Origin: a virus
Strand: one strand, 5' to 3'
IMG/VR virus record: IMGVR_UViG_3300042197_004116
Coordinates: 1-64,000 of that record
DNA: 64,000 nucleotides
A model generated the notes under the pieces. That model did no database searches, was not told where the DNA came from, and saw nothing but the letters and a program-made list of their open reading frames with translations. Of this stretch, positions 33,774-45,025 are shown piece by piece. Made by a program: the position numbers and the translations under genes. The number at the start of each line of letters is the position of its first letter. The stretch's first letter is position 1.

Positions 33774-36700
33774 TTTAACTATTGGTACAGCTAATACAAA
33801 TACCTTTAATATTAATTTAAAGGATTTTTATGATGCTCAGACAGGAATTGATCCTCTAGATAGTAACGTTACATTTACTGTTGCAGGTAATATTGGAAGT
33901 AATTCTACTTCAAATTATGCTATTGATACAGGTATATGGCCTGTAGGATGGAATTTAACGCTTATAATCCCTCAAACTCAAGAAAATACTACATTGCCAG
34001 TTAGTGGTGTTGTAGCTGGTAAAGGAGGAAGCGGTGGTTACAATGGACCATCTTCTTCTAGGGAGGGTAAAAACGGTGGATCTGCTATTAGACTTTTACA
34101 TGATTTAACTCTTTATAATTATGGAACGTTAGGTGGTGGTGGAGGGGGCGGAGCAGCTGTATTTCTTGAGCCACAGGGTGGAGCATGTGGCATAAGTCCA
34201 ATATCTTGGAGTGTGGGTGGTGCTGGCGGTGCAGGTATTAGTGAAGGCCCAGGAATAGCATACAATGCTTTCTATTCAGCTGTTGGTTATACAAATTATA
34301 CTGGTAATAGCAGCACCTATCTATCTGGTGGTTCTTTATCAGCAAGTCCTTTAATAACTGGATGCGGTGCTGACTTACCACCTGGTTATAGTAATAATGG
34401 TTATGGTGGAAATTTAGGAGAAAATGGAGGTGGTGCAACATCACAGAATGCTGGTGGAGCTTTTGGAAGTTACCCAGGAGGAATAAAAGGGTCTGCAGTC
34501 TATATGTCAGGCCAAACCTTATATCTTTATAATTACGGTTCAATCTATGGTGGTTATGATTTTACAGCTGGTGGTACAGTTGTACAGTTGTTTCCTATAC
34601 CAACAGTTACACCTACTCCTACACCTACTCCTACACCTACTCCTACTCCTATTTCACTAGGACTAGCAGGTACAGGGATAAATTATTTTGGTGGCGGGCA
34701 AGTAAATGATGTAAGCTTATTTTTACCTGTTACAGGTTTATGGAATAAAATTAGCATAGGCGGTTATCACACATATGCACTTTCTGGTAATACGTGGTAT
34801 GTTGCAGGTAGCAATATTTACGGTGAAACAGGTCAAGGTATAACCAACTCAACAATACTAACATCTCTTACACCCTGTCTAACAGGAGGCTGGGATAATA
34901 TTTTTAGTGGACTAGGTAACCATGTTTTCGCATTGTCTTCAAATAAATTCTATGGTTGCGGCTATAATGCTTTCTATCAGTTAGGTTTAGGTAATAATGT
35001 TAATATAAATACTTTTACCCTAATTACTGGTAATTGGAGCAAATTTGCACCTGGTCATACCTCTACGTTTGCACTATCAGCAGATTCTTTAATTCCAAAT
35101 ACCTGGTTTTCTGCTGGATTAAATAATTATGGTCAGTTAGGTACAGGTGACAATTTAAGTACAACTTCTTTCAGAAAACTAACAGGTTCTTGGGATGATA
35201 TTGCACCGGGGCGCGACCACACATTAGCACTATCAGGAAACAAGTTGTTTGCAACCGGTGATAATACATCTGGTCAATGTGGTCAAGGGTCAACCGTACC
35301 ATTTCAATTTTATTCTTTTAAACAAATACCCGGAAACTGGGAAAAAATAAAAGCCGGTACACAAACAACTTTTGCATTATCTGCAGGCACAAACAGATGG
35401 TATGCTTGTGGTAATAACTCTCTCGGTGGACTGGGTTTAGATACCTTGCCATCAATTTTTTCTCTTTTAACACCGCTAACAGCAAATTGGGATAATATTA
35501 TACCACTGAATACTAATTCAACATTTGCATTTTCTGGTAACAAACTATTTGCAACAGGGCATAATTTTGCTGGTCAATTAGGACTTGGTAATACTATTAG
35601 TAATACAACCTCTTTTTTACAGGTTACAGGAAGTTGGGATACTGTTGGTGGGGGAAATGGTTTTGCAGCAGCTTTATTTTTAGACCCTACCCCCACCCCT
35701 ACACCTACTCCTACACCCACTCCAACTATAACACTTACTCCCACACCCACCATTACTCAAACCCCCTTTCCTACTCAAACCCCCTTTCCTACTCAAACAC
35801 CTAATCCTACAGTAACTCCTACCCCTACACCCACAATTAGCCCTACTCCTACTATTACCCCTACCCCTGCTCCTACTTCTACTATAACCCCTACACCCAC
35901 CCCTACTATTGCACCTACTGCTACACCTGTCCCTCCATTATCTGAAGTTCAAATAACCAAAAGACTTCAATTCTTTGAAAACACCGGAATAGATTCTTTG
36001 AATTTAACTACTGCTTCTTTTAAAAATAAAATAAAAGTAATTTATGGTAATAGTGCTTCTGGTGATAATTTCTTGTTTTTTGACCCTACTCAAGAAATTT
36101 CAAGCAATTTAGCAGCCTTGGTACCTGGAGAAACATACTTGTTTATTTCTAAAGAAGTACCGTACAGCTTTAATATAAATCTTTTTCCTCCTACTCCCAC
36201 TCCCACTCCTACAATTTCCCCTACCCCTACCATTTCTCCTACGCCTACACCTACACCCTCACCTACTATAACACCTACGCCCACTATTACGCCGTCTCCT
36301 ACACCTTCACCCACTATTACTCCCACCCCTACTCCTACTGTCACACCTACACCCACTGAAACTCCCACCCCCACGCCTACTATAACACCTACTCCTTCTC
36401 CTACGCCTACTATAACACCTACTCCTTCTCCTACACCAACCATTACACCCACACCAACGGCAACACCGTCACCGACACCCACTATTACACCAACACCTAC
36501 AGTAACACCCACACCAACTGCTACTGCTAACCCTATTAATATTGGCCCTGCAACAAATATAAATTTAAAATCTACATATGATTCTACATTCGGTGTTCCT
36601 TCTGGACCAGTTAATGCAACGTTTGTTGCTGTAGGTAATATTGGAAGTTCATCAACAGGTACAGCAGCTTTAGATACAGGAAGCTGGCCTGCTGGATCAA

Positions 36701-37146
36701 ACGTCACTTTAATTGTCAATGCTGGTGTGGGTGTTGCTGGTTGCGGTGGATCACCTATTTCTTCAAGCTGTGGTGGTAATAGTGACAGGAGTCAAGGCGG
36801 TGGAGCCGGAGGAAATGCTATTAATTTGAGTTATCCTTTAAGTATTACTAATAACGGTATAATTGGTGGTGGAGGTTTCGGCGGTACATCATTTTGTTGG
36901 TGGGTAATGGGGTGTGTACCTCCTGGTAATACTTATGTTAATGGAAGTGGCAGTACAGGAGCAGGCATTAATGGTTTCTGGAATGGTTCTGGCGGTGGCC
37001 CTTCAGCACCTTCATATACTTTTGGATGCCATAATAAGACTGCTGGAGCCGGCGGAGCTCTTGGAACAAGTGGTGCAGCTATTAAAACAAACGGTAATAG
37101 TTATAGTGTAACAGGCAATTCTTTATTTGGTAGTGTAATACCTTAA
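33766..37146 (+). CDS. Multi-headed adhesin: gp38-like Gly-rich domain, RCC1/BLIP-II propeller, shared adaptor domain and a second gp38-like domain, joined by Pro-Thr stalks; start revised to ATG 33766
   Basis: [12 protein letters not shown] and [12 protein letters not shown] motifs; G.N..GQLG.G RCC1 repeats; TAATTA-N5-ATG at 33766 overlapping the upstream stop. Confidence 0.8.
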   Translation: MVNLTIGTANTNTFNINLKDFYDAQTGIDPLDSNVTFTVAGNIGSNSTSNYAIDTGIWPVGWNLTLIIPQTQENTTLPVSGVVAGKGGSGGYNGPSSSREGKNGGSAIRLLHDLTLYNYGTLGGGGGGGAAVFLEPQGGACGISPISWSVGGAGGAGISEGPGIAYNAFYSAVGYTNYTGNSSTYLSGGSLSASPLITGCGADLPPGYSNNGYGGNLGENGGGATSQNAGGAFGSYPGGIKGSAVYMSGQTLYLYNYGSIYGGYDFTAGGTVVQLFPIPTVTPTPTPTPTPTPTPISLGLAGTGINYFGGGQVNDVSLFLPVTGLWNKISIGGYHTYALSGNTWYVAGSNIYGETGQGITNSTILTSLTPCLTGGWDNIFSGLGNHVFALSSNKFYGCGYNAFYQLGLGNNVNINTFTLITGNWSKFAPGHTSTFALSADSLIPNTWFSAGLNNYGQLGTGDNLSTTSFRKLTGSWDDIAPGRDHTLALSGNKLFATGDNTSGQCGQGSTVPFQFYSFKQIPGNWEKIKAGTQTTFALSAGTNRWYACGNNSLGGLGLDTLPSIFSLLTPLTANWDNIIPLNTNSTFAFSGNKLFATGHNFAGQLGLGNTISNTTSFLQVTGSWDTVGGGNGFAAALFLDPTPTPTPTPTPTPTITLTPTPTITQTPFPTQTPFPTQTPNPTVTPTPTPTISPTPTITPTPAPTSTITPTPTPTIAPTATPVPPLSEVQITKRLQFFENTGIDSLNLTTASFKNKIKVIYGNSASGDNFLFFDPTQEISSNLAALVPGETYLFISKEVPYSFNINLFPPTPTPTPTISPTPTISPTPTPTPSPTITPTPTITPSPTPSPTITPTPTPTVTPTPTETPTPTPTITPTPSPTPTITPTPSPTPTITPTPTATPSPTPTITPTPTVTPTPTATANPINIGPATNINLKSTYDSTFGVPSGPVNATFVAVGNIGSSSTGTAALDTGSWPAGSNVTLIVNAGVGVAGCGGSPISSSCGGNSDRSQGGGAGGNAINLSYPLSITNNGIIGGGGFGGTSFCWWVMGCVPPGNTYVNGSGSTGAGINGFWNGSGGGPSAPSYTFGCHNKTAGAGGALGTSGAAIKTNGNSYSVTGNSLFGSVIP
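35685..35930 (+). repeat. Pro-Thr coding tract
   Basis: Includes tandem TQTPFP units. Confidence 0.9.
36187..36525 (+). repeat. Pro-Thr coding tract with a 30-nt perfect tandem at 36373-36432
   Basis: acgcctactataacacctactccttctcct x2. Confidence 0.92.
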
Positions 37147-37156
37147 ATACTAAAAA

Positions 37157-38401
37157 ATGATAACAATTACTAAATTACAGCAGATAGTTAAGTATGATGC
37201 ACCATACCCTACTAACCTAATTACTTGGCCGCAAAGAAATCTGGTCAGTAAAATTCTTTCTGTAGATGAATCTGGAGAATTTTATAGAGAATTTATACCT
37301 GATGCAAACCCTTCATTACAAGAAGGCAATTCACTATCCGCTTTAGAGCCATATGAAACATACATTTTTTATTCTAATACAATTCCTTATACTATTTTCG
37401 TTCAAACCCCTACCCCTACACCTACCCCCTCTCCTACACCTACAGTTACATCTACACCCACTATTACCCCTACACCTACAGTAACACCTACACCTGAACC
37501 TACTTTAACGCCCACACCCACACCTACAGTAACACCTTCTCCAACACCTACATTTACACCTACTGTTACCCCTACCCCTACTATTACCCCATCTCCTACA
37601 CCGACCCTTGAACCTGAAGGGGTACCTGTAATATGGTTAAAATCTGATACTGATGTTACCACTAGTAATTCGAATGTATTATCTTGGAAAAACCAAACCA
37701 ACGTAGGTGATATTTTACCTTTTTATAACGCAAGACCAGCATTGTCTTTAAACAGTCTTTTGAAGTTTCCTGCTATAAGATTTAAAAGAACAGGCAATTC
37801 CGGTCAAGGTATAGTGTATGATGGTGCTATTAATTTATTAAATTCCACTATGTTCGTTGTTTGTAAACAAAATTTTGACTATACCAGCACTAATTCTCAA
37901 GATGGATTAAATGGTAGAATTATTTCTATGGTACCTTTTGGTGGTGTAGAAGCTTCAAATGGAGGGTTGGCTCTTTACTATGAAAATGGATCTAATAACA
38001 CTCTTTCAAACTTAGTAATTCAATCTAATAATATTAAAGCAACCTATAACATGACTCAAAAGAACAAATATTCTTGGGCTATCATAGCTTACAGGATTAA
38101 TACTCAAGGTAAAATAGATTTATACTATAATAAAACGCTTGTAGCTTCTACTACTAACCCAAATATGCAACCACAGAATAGCCAGGGCCAAATATACATT
38201 GGAAACAATAGCAACTTATTTAATAACACAAGCTTGCTTGGAGATATTACGGAAATTATAGCTTATAATTCTTATATTCCTGATTATCAGTTTGAATCAG
38301 TAACTAATACACTATCTTCTAAGTATTTTCCTATACCTTTAATAAAGACTCAATCTGGTAATTACATTACTACAAACGCAGAAGATAATATAGAAATTTA
38401 A
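37157..38401 (+). CDS. Adaptor domain, Pro-Thr stalk and LamG/concanavalin-like domain protein
   Basis: VIWLKSD...VLSWKNQ...IYIGN...[10 protein letters not shown]; PT tract about 37405-37610; TAAATA-N7-ATG. Confidence 0.75.
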   Translation: MITITKLQQIVKYDAPYPTNLITWPQRNLVSKILSVDESGEFYREFIPDANPSLQEGNSLSALEPYETYIFYSNTIPYTIFVQTPTPTPTPSPTPTVTSTPTITPTPTVTPTPEPTLTPTPTPTVTPSPTPTFTPTVTPTPTITPSPTPTLEPEGVPVIWLKSDTDVTTSNSNVLSWKNQTNVGDILPFYNARPALSLNSLLKFPAIRFKRTGNSGQGIVYDGAINLLNSTMFVVCKQNFDYTSTNSQDGLNGRIISMVPFGGVEASNGGLALYYENGSNNTLSNLVIQSNNIKATYNMTQKNKYSWAIIAYRINTQGKIDLYYNKTLVASTTNPNMQPQNSQGQIYIGNNSNLFNNTSLLGDITEIIAYNSYIPDYQFESVTNTLSSKYFPIPLIKTQSGNYITTNAEDNIEI

Positions 38402-38412
38402 TAAATATTTTA

Positions 38413-40068
38413 ATGGCTGATGTAAATATTCAGGAATTACCGTTAAAAAGCAATCCTGCAGGTACAGATAACTTACCTATCACTGATGGTTCTACTACAT
38501 TCAGAACACCTATTGCAAATTTAATTAACAACAATCAAATAAATGCTGATTGGAATTCAACTTCTGGTAAATCTCAAATTTTAAACAAGCCAACACTAGT
38601 TGAAGCATCTGATATAAATTCAATTCAAGCTGCTGTTTTTCCTCCTGCTGGATTAGGATTAGATACAACAAAAACTGGATTACCTATTGACTCAGGTTCT
38701 TATGATGCATCAACTTTAATTTCAAAGGACAGACAATGTGTTTTAGTTACAGGTGATGGCAGAAGCTCAGGATTAGGAACTTCTTATTTTGGATATCATA
38801 ACTACAGCAAAGTAATTCCACAAGGAAACTATCAACCATATAAACAATATTTGTTTGATTATTTGTTTAGAGGTTATCAATACTGGGCTGGTATTACCAA
38901 CGAAAAAAGAGTTTTTGTAGCTGGTTACTGGCCTTATGGAAATGGTGTTGATGCCACGGTACCTAATAACTATGCAACTTACAGTACATACTATTCTATA
39001 GGCGCTTCAAATTTAGTTACTTTCGGAGGCGCAGCTCCAGGAACACAAATTGCATCACTGTTTGTCCCTGCTTATAATGGTCAAGGTAATTATGCTGCAG
39101 CTTTCATAAAGGGAACTGATAACCGACTTTATGGGTTTGGTTATGATGGTAACGGATGGATGGCCAATAATGGTAATAATAGACCAAGACTAGGCTATCT
39201 TGGTCTTGCAGGGGTAAATTATGTTCATGGTAGGGGATTAACTTTATTAGCATTGTTAACAGATGGTACTATTAGAGGAATAGGCTATGGAGCTAGAGGA
39301 GAGATGGGAGATGGTACCCCTGGAACCAATAATAATACATGGGTTGTTGTATTAAAACAATCTGACAGTTCAATACTAAACAACGTAAAACAAATTCAAG
39401 TTGAAGGAGCATGGCAAGCACAATCTTGTTATGCAGTTACAAATAATGGAGAATTATACTCATGGGGGTACAATGGTTATGGTCAATTAGGTGACAATAC
39501 AGTAACCAATAGAGCAAAAGCAGTTTTAGTAGTTTCATCTGGAGTGAGTGAAGTAGTTACTGGTGGTAAAAACTACCATTCAGCTTTTTATATTACAAAC
39601 GATAGAAGGTATCTTTATGCATGTGGTTATAATGGTTATGGTCAATTAGGAAATGGAAATACTACTGCATTAAAAACATTTACCCAAGTTTTAGATGCAA
39701 ATTCAGTAGGATCAACTATAAAGAAAGTTATTTGTATAGGTGACGGTTCTTATAGTACCACATTTGTTTTGTTTGAAAATGGTAGAATTTATGCAGCAGG
39801 CTATATGACAGGTACTGCTGTAAACGTTATAAGTAATGATTCTAAGCTAGGTGCAGGTGTGGGCTGGAGAGAGTCAACCCCAGCTTTTGATTTTAATACA
39901 GAAACAGTAATAGATATAGGCTGGACAGGATATTCTAATCAAAATACAGTTTATGCATTATCTAATAAAGGAAATATGTGTGTAATGGGATATAATCATA
40001 ATTGGAAATTAGGAATTGCATCTGCTAATCAAAATGCATGGGTACCCTACTGGATACAAGTAAGATAA
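38413..40068 (+). CDS. Tail-fibre-type protein with an RCC1/BLIP-II beta-propeller
   Basis: Fibre-like N-terminus (NIQELP...GTDNLPI); repeats LYSWGYNGYGQLGD and LYACGYNGYGQLGNG. Confidence 0.8.
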   Translation: MADVNIQELPLKSNPAGTDNLPITDGSTTFRTPIANLINNNQINADWNSTSGKSQILNKPTLVEASDINSIQAAVFPPAGLGLDTTKTGLPIDSGSYDASTLISKDRQCVLVTGDGRSSGLGTSYFGYHNYSKVIPQGNYQPYKQYLFDYLFRGYQYWAGITNEKRVFVAGYWPYGNGVDATVPNNYATYSTYYSIGASNLVTFGGAAPGTQIASLFVPAYNGQGNYAAAFIKGTDNRLYGFGYDGNGWMANNGNNRPRLGYLGLAGVNYVHGRGLTLLALLTDGTIRGIGYGARGEMGDGTPGTNNNTWVVVLKQSDSSILNNVKQIQVEGAWQAQSCYAVTNNGELYSWGYNGYGQLGDNTVTNRAKAVLVVSSGVSEVVTGGKNYHSAFYITNDRRYLYACGYNGYGQLGNGNTTALKTFTQVLDANSVGSTIKKVICIGDGSYSTTFVLFENGRIYAAGYMTGTAVNVISNDSKLGAGVGWRESTPAFDFNTETVIDIGWTGYSNQNTVYALSNKGNMCVMGYNHNWKLGIASANQNAWVPYWIQVR

Positions 40069-40113
40069 GTAAAATAACCTGTTAAAATATACTTTTTTCT
40101 TTAAATAATTAAG

Positions 40114-43100
40114 ATGCAAATTTTTAATTTGACAGAAACCAACTGTACACCGCTTTCTACACATTACAACTTAGATAGTACAGTTTCCTTTAAAAAACAT
40201 ACTCTTTTTACTGAAAACAACATATTTTTTAATTTAGAAAATGTTTTTAAAGATCCAAACGATTTTACCACAAACAATTACTCTAATCTCTACTTAACTA
40301 GTAAGAAATTTATTAATGATATTATTCAAATTAATTCTTTAAACTACATAGATGATACAGGGTTTTCTACCTCCCTTGCAGCAAATTCACTATTTGCAAT
40401 TAACGAAAATTCAAAATATTGGGTATGTGAAGAACCTGAATATTACACAAACATTGCACAAGTAGCTGTTTCAGGTTTGCAAGCAGATTTTGATAACAGA
40501 TACTATTTTGAATTAGTTTTTATTGATAATTTTACTTGTAAAATTTACCATGAAAACGATGGAGTGAAGAGAGTCTTAACCCTAGATACTACTGCTAATT
40601 TGAGTTTCTGTAAAGAAGATACTGATTTAGACTATTTAGGAGAATATAGCCCTCAAATATTTCTTTACATATATGATAGAGCACAGGATTTAATTCTTTT
40701 CTTTAAAAATGTAAACGATATTATCTATTATGTAACATTTAATAGTGTAACCAGTGACTTAATACTTTCAGAAGTACTTTCAGGAACTTCTCTTGATTTT
40801 ACTAACAGAACTGTTTTCAGATGTGAACCAAGAAATGATTCTACTAATTTAACTTATCTTGATGATCCTTATTTAGCCTACCAAAAAATACCTAACAGTT
40901 TAGAGGTAGATGAGAGTTTGAGCTTTGAAAACACACAAGCTAATTTTTTGCTTAATACTGAATACCAAAATATTACTAGTGGTGATAAATTAGATGTAAA
41001 TGTTTTATCTTTAAAAAATACCAATACAGCTGAAAATTATCAATCAAGAGGCAATCCTATTTATTATGATAGCAATGTTGTTAACCGTGATTATAAAAAA
41101 CTATTCACTGGTTCAAACCAAGAGTTAGGAAATGATAATATTACAGTAGGATATGAAACCTATACGTCAAATGTAATCTTTAAAAAAGATAAGGTAACAT
41201 ATTTTCATGTTCCTCAAAACATTTACCCCTTACACCAACTTAACATTAATGACTCTAAACTAGCAGAGTCAGGTGCCATTGCTGGTGACCATCCTATGAA
41301 ATCTGATAAAATTTTTAAGAAAAAAGCTGACTATAAATATACAAGTTATTTTGGTAATACTAAGTTGGAAAACATAGGTACATTTCTATGTTCTTGGCTT
41401 TCAGGAAATCAAGATATTAATACAAGACCTATATGGATGGACAGATATTACTTTCCTTCCAAGGTTTCTTTTTTAGGTGCATTATCATCAAATGATTTTA
41501 ATGCTATTGAATACAGGTCTTTTTATGATTGTATTGCAGGTGATTTAACTCCAGATATTCATGTTTACGATAAAAGATCGGATTCTATATTTGAACCTGG
41601 AACTTATTATGCTTACCATCATTTAGGAGAAAAATATAGTTCAGATTTTATCAATTATTTAAAAGATAATCTAATTCAAAAAGTATTTTATACTTATAAA
41701 ACAACACCACCAAATAGTTTTAATATTTCTCAAGACTTTAATAATCCTGAATACATCTTTAATGGTAATAATTACACATTATCTGAAAATTTATCATCTA
41801 TAGATGATAGCAATCAATTTACCTTAATAGCTGATATATATAATGAAGATTGGCAAAGCCCCTTTGGGTATCAAATTTTAGGTAATTATGTTAATGATGG
41901 CTTTGGGGTTTTTAATTGTAATGAAATTACTCCAGAATTGGGTTTTATATATAGTAATGACTCTATTGGTACCAATATTAATTTTGATATTATAAGAAAA
42001 TTTGAAAACATTTCATTTTCTCCTTCTAACAGTGGTGTTGTAATAAAAACTGAAGGTTTTAGTGATTTTTTTGTTCTAGATCAAACACCTACTGATGCTA
42101 CCTTTGCTAGATATGATATAAGATCTTCAATCATATACTTTATAACAGATAGCCGGCTTAAAAATTTTTATGACTATGATTATGATTCTGAAAATGTATA
42201 TGTTCTAGGCAGAGACAGTGCTACCTCAGACGGTAGATTGTTTAAAATATCCATGGTAGATGGTAAAATAGATGAAATATTTGACACAACTACAGCTTAT
42301 AATTTATATTTCTTACAATTTCCATTAGACTCTATTAAAGATGCAAGAACCATTAACTTTAAACCAAAAAACACTTCTTTTTATTTTACATCAGGTACAA
42401 AAGCTGAAAGAGATGATGACATTATATATTTTCAGACATTTAACAACTCAACAAACGCATTTGAAATTAATAAGTGGAACACCAAGTTTAATTCAACAAG
42501 CGCTGATAGTTATTTTGTCTTAATAAGCGCTTACAATTCAATCGAAGATTATGACATTGACTTAGATGAAAATGTTCATCTTTTATATGATAAAAATAGA
42601 TATGCAGTCTTTGATAAAAATAATCAGTTAATACACAAAACTATTTTACCGCACCTTTCATCAGTTGCTAGAAGTACCATTGTTGATTTTGCATTCTTCT
42701 TAAGCGATGACAACAGCGGTCTTAAGAAATATACACTAATATGTGCTTCTTCTGCAAATGGTAATAATATAGTATATAAAATAGATGATCAAAACAATAT
42801 TATTCAAACATTTACCCCGCCATACAAAGGGTTTGTAAGAAATTCTATTACCAATTCATCTTTCTTAAGAAACTATAAATCAGATTTATTTCTAGGTGAA
42901 TACTTTAATATAAAGTTAAAGTTAAAGAATTTTATAAATTTAAATGAAACTATAAGTTATAACTGGTTTTACAGTCTATCTTCACTAACCCCTGGATACC
43001 ATAATTTTGTCTTTAGATTTGACAGTGATTATGGTACATTTCATATGCTTGTAGATGGAAAAATAGAAATAGAGGAATATTTTACACCTGACAAGTATAT

Positions 43101-43521
43101 ATTTTCAAACTTATTTACTAGACCATTCTTTTTTGGTACAGGTCCTTATTTTAATACTGTTCCTATTTTTGATTACCTAAAACTAGATACATTAAATGCA
43201 AAAGATATTAAAATGAAGAATGTATATATCTATAATAAAGCTCTTAATTATTTCGATATAATGTTTCACAACAAAGCAAATTCACAAATAAGCGACATAG
43301 TTTTTGATTTACCCAGTGGTAGAAGAAATTATTTAGAAGAAATTGAAAGGTATTTTAAATATAAAACACCTGGCCACAAATCTCCTCAGCTTAATGTTGT
43401 TTTAAAGAACACAGGTATTAATGATAATGTTTTAAGAAAAGAAATTGAATCAAGAATCTATTCACTTTTAGATAAATCTCTTCCTGCTTATACAAAAGTT
43501 AATACGGTAAAATGGAGTTAA
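40114..43521 (+). CDS. Large structural protein with propeller-like and LamG-like regions
   Basis: TAAATA-N6-ATG; C-terminal GYHNFVFRFD...MLVDG...IYNKAL is LamG-like. Confidence 0.6.
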   Translation: MQIFNLTETNCTPLSTHYNLDSTVSFKKHTLFTENNIFFNLENVFKDPNDFTTNNYSNLYLTSKKFINDIIQINSLNYIDDTGFSTSLAANSLFAINENSKYWVCEEPEYYTNIAQVAVSGLQADFDNRYYFELVFIDNFTCKIYHENDGVKRVLTLDTTANLSFCKEDTDLDYLGEYSPQIFLYIYDRAQDLILFFKNVNDIIYYVTFNSVTSDLILSEVLSGTSLDFTNRTVFRCEPRNDSTNLTYLDDPYLAYQKIPNSLEVDESLSFENTQANFLLNTEYQNITSGDKLDVNVLSLKNTNTAENYQSRGNPIYYDSNVVNRDYKKLFTGSNQELGNDNITVGYETYTSNVIFKKDKVTYFHVPQNIYPLHQLNINDSKLAESGAIAGDHPMKSDKIFKKKADYKYTSYFGNTKLENIGTFLCSWLSGNQDINTRPIWMDRYYFPSKVSFLGALSSNDFNAIEYRSFYDCIAGDLTPDIHVYDKRSDSIFEPGTYYAYHHLGEKYSSDFINYLKDNLIQKVFYTYKTTPPNSFNISQDFNNPEYIFNGNNYTLSENLSSIDDSNQFTLIADIYNEDWQSPFGYQILGNYVNDGFGVFNCNEITPELGFIYSNDSIGTNINFDIIRKFENISFSPSNSGVVIKTEGFSDFFVLDQTPTDATFARYDIRSSIIYFITDSRLKNFYDYDYDSENVYVLGRDSATSDGRLFKISMVDGKIDEIFDTTTAYNLYFLQFPLDSIKDARTINFKPKNTSFYFTSGTKAERDDDIIYFQTFNNSTNAFEINKWNTKFNSTSADSYFVLISAYNSIEDYDIDLDENVHLLYDKNRYAVFDKNNQLIHKTILPHLSSVARSTIVDFAFFLSDDNSGLKKYTLICASSANGNNIVYKIDDQNNIIQTFTPPYKGFVRNSITNSSFLRNYKSDLFLGEYFNIKLKLKNFINLNETISYNWFYSLSSLTPGYHNFVFRFDSDYGTFHMLVDGKIEIEEYFTPDKYIFSNLFTRPFFFGTGPYFNTVPIFDYLKLDTLNAKDIKMKNVYIYNKALNYFDIMFHNKANSQISDIVFDLPSGRRNYLEEIERYFKYKTPGHKSPQLNVVLKNTGINDNVLRKEIESRIYSLLDKSLPAYTKVNTVKWS

Positions 43522-43522
43522 A

Positions 43523-45025
43523 ATGAATATTGAACAAGAAATAATTAATAGTGGGTTTATTTATGATAGAACACCAGACCAGCCTTTAGTTTTACCATTT
43601 AGCCCCGAAGAACTACTAATACAAGCCAATGATAATGTAACTGCAGATGTAATAAACCTAAAACTTAAAAATATTCATGACAATTTCTTGTATCTATATA
43701 CAAGATGCAAAATTACGTCTAATTTAATTCCACTCAGCACCACTGGTATATTAGGACTAAGCTCTTCTACTAATCAAAATTTTTCATGGACTAAGGGCCT
43801 TACATCTAATAATTTCTTTAATTTTAGCATTACTTCCCCTCTTACTAGCTTGCAAATATGTTTTAATAATGCAAAAGTAATTTTTACCATAGCTAATAAT
43901 GAATTGCCTCAGTATATTATGTTTCTATCTAACGGTAATTATTTAGCAGCTATTTATTCAAAAAATGAAGAGGAGGGACTTACAATTTCACCGGTAGTGT
44001 TTTCTGCATTTAATCCTAATTTTGTAAATTCTGATGTATTTTATGATATTGTTTCTATTACCAACGGCCCTAGAAATACATTTTTAATACTAGATAAAGG
44101 CAGCAATAAATTATATCAATACATTTCTAAAGGTATTACTGAAAATAATAATATCTACAATAACAACCCATACTTACTTTTACAATTAGACTCTTACATT
44201 GGAGAGTTTGGCGTCTCTACAGATAAATTAGGTTTTAATTCGCCCACTGATGTAATTACTTACAACAATAATGTTTATGTATTAGATACAGGTAATAAAA
44301 GTGTTAAAAAATATGATGAATATTTAAATTGGCAATATACTTATATTTTAGAAAAAGATTTTCTCTTTGAGAAGCCTCTTAAATTAAAAGTTGATAATGA
44401 AGGTAATTTCTTTTGCTTATTATCAGGCAACAAATATTTTATATACGATAATAATTTTCAAACTAAACAAGAAATTGAAATAGACTTCTTTAATAACTCT
44501 GAACAAGCAATTGATTTCTTCTTTTCACCAACTGATACAAATGTATTTTATATAATTACAAATCAAAATGTATATAAAAGTTTGAGAAGCAATTTAGATT
44601 ATCCAGTAGGAAGATATCTAATGTATTATATGAATTACGCTGACCCTCAGCTTATAAAAGGTTTTTGTGCGCATAAAAATGGTAAAAACGATAAAACTTT
44701 TATATTATCTGTAAATTCTACAAACAGTGCAACTATAGTAGGAGCATTTGCAGACAATATTAATCTTTATGACAGTCTCATACAGCCTAGTTTTGATATC
44801 TATAGTTTTGATGAAATAAAACTCAATCCAGATGAATATGTTCAAAGCTGGGTTTTAAACAAGTCTATAAATAAAATTATTGCAAATCATATAAGATTAA
44901 TGGATCAATTAATAGGTAAATTTACATTTAAGTATGATTATAGAGGAAATGCAGTTTTTAATTTTACAAAATATTTAACACAAGAAGAAAAAACCAATAT
45001 ACGTAATATTGGAGGTATTATATGA
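43523..45025 (+). CDS. Structural protein with an NHL-type beta-propeller flanked by repeated helical motifs
   Basis: FNSPTDV...[15 protein letters not shown] (NHL); two N[DE]xV...[IL]N helices. Confidence 0.65.
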   Translation: MNIEQEIINSGFIYDRTPDQPLVLPFSPEELLIQANDNVTADVINLKLKNIHDNFLYLYTRCKITSNLIPLSTTGILGLSSSTNQNFSWTKGLTSNNFFNFSITSPLTSLQICFNNAKVIFTIANNELPQYIMFLSNGNYLAAIYSKNEEEGLTISPVVFSAFNPNFVNSDVFYDIVSITNGPRNTFLILDKGSNKLYQYISKGITENNNIYNNNPYLLLQLDSYIGEFGVSTDKLGFNSPTDVITYNNNVYVLDTGNKSVKKYDEYLNWQYTYILEKDFLFEKPLKLKVDNEGNFFCLLSGNKYFIYDNNFQTKQEIEIDFFNNSEQAIDFFFSPTDTNVFYIITNQNVYKSLRSNLDYPVGRYLMYYMNYADPQLIKGFCAHKNGKNDKTFILSVNSTNSATIVGAFADNINLYDSLIQPSFDIYSFDEIKLNPDEYVQSWVLNKSINKIIANHIRLMDQLIGKFTFKYDYRGNAVFNFTKYLTQEEKTNIRNIGGII

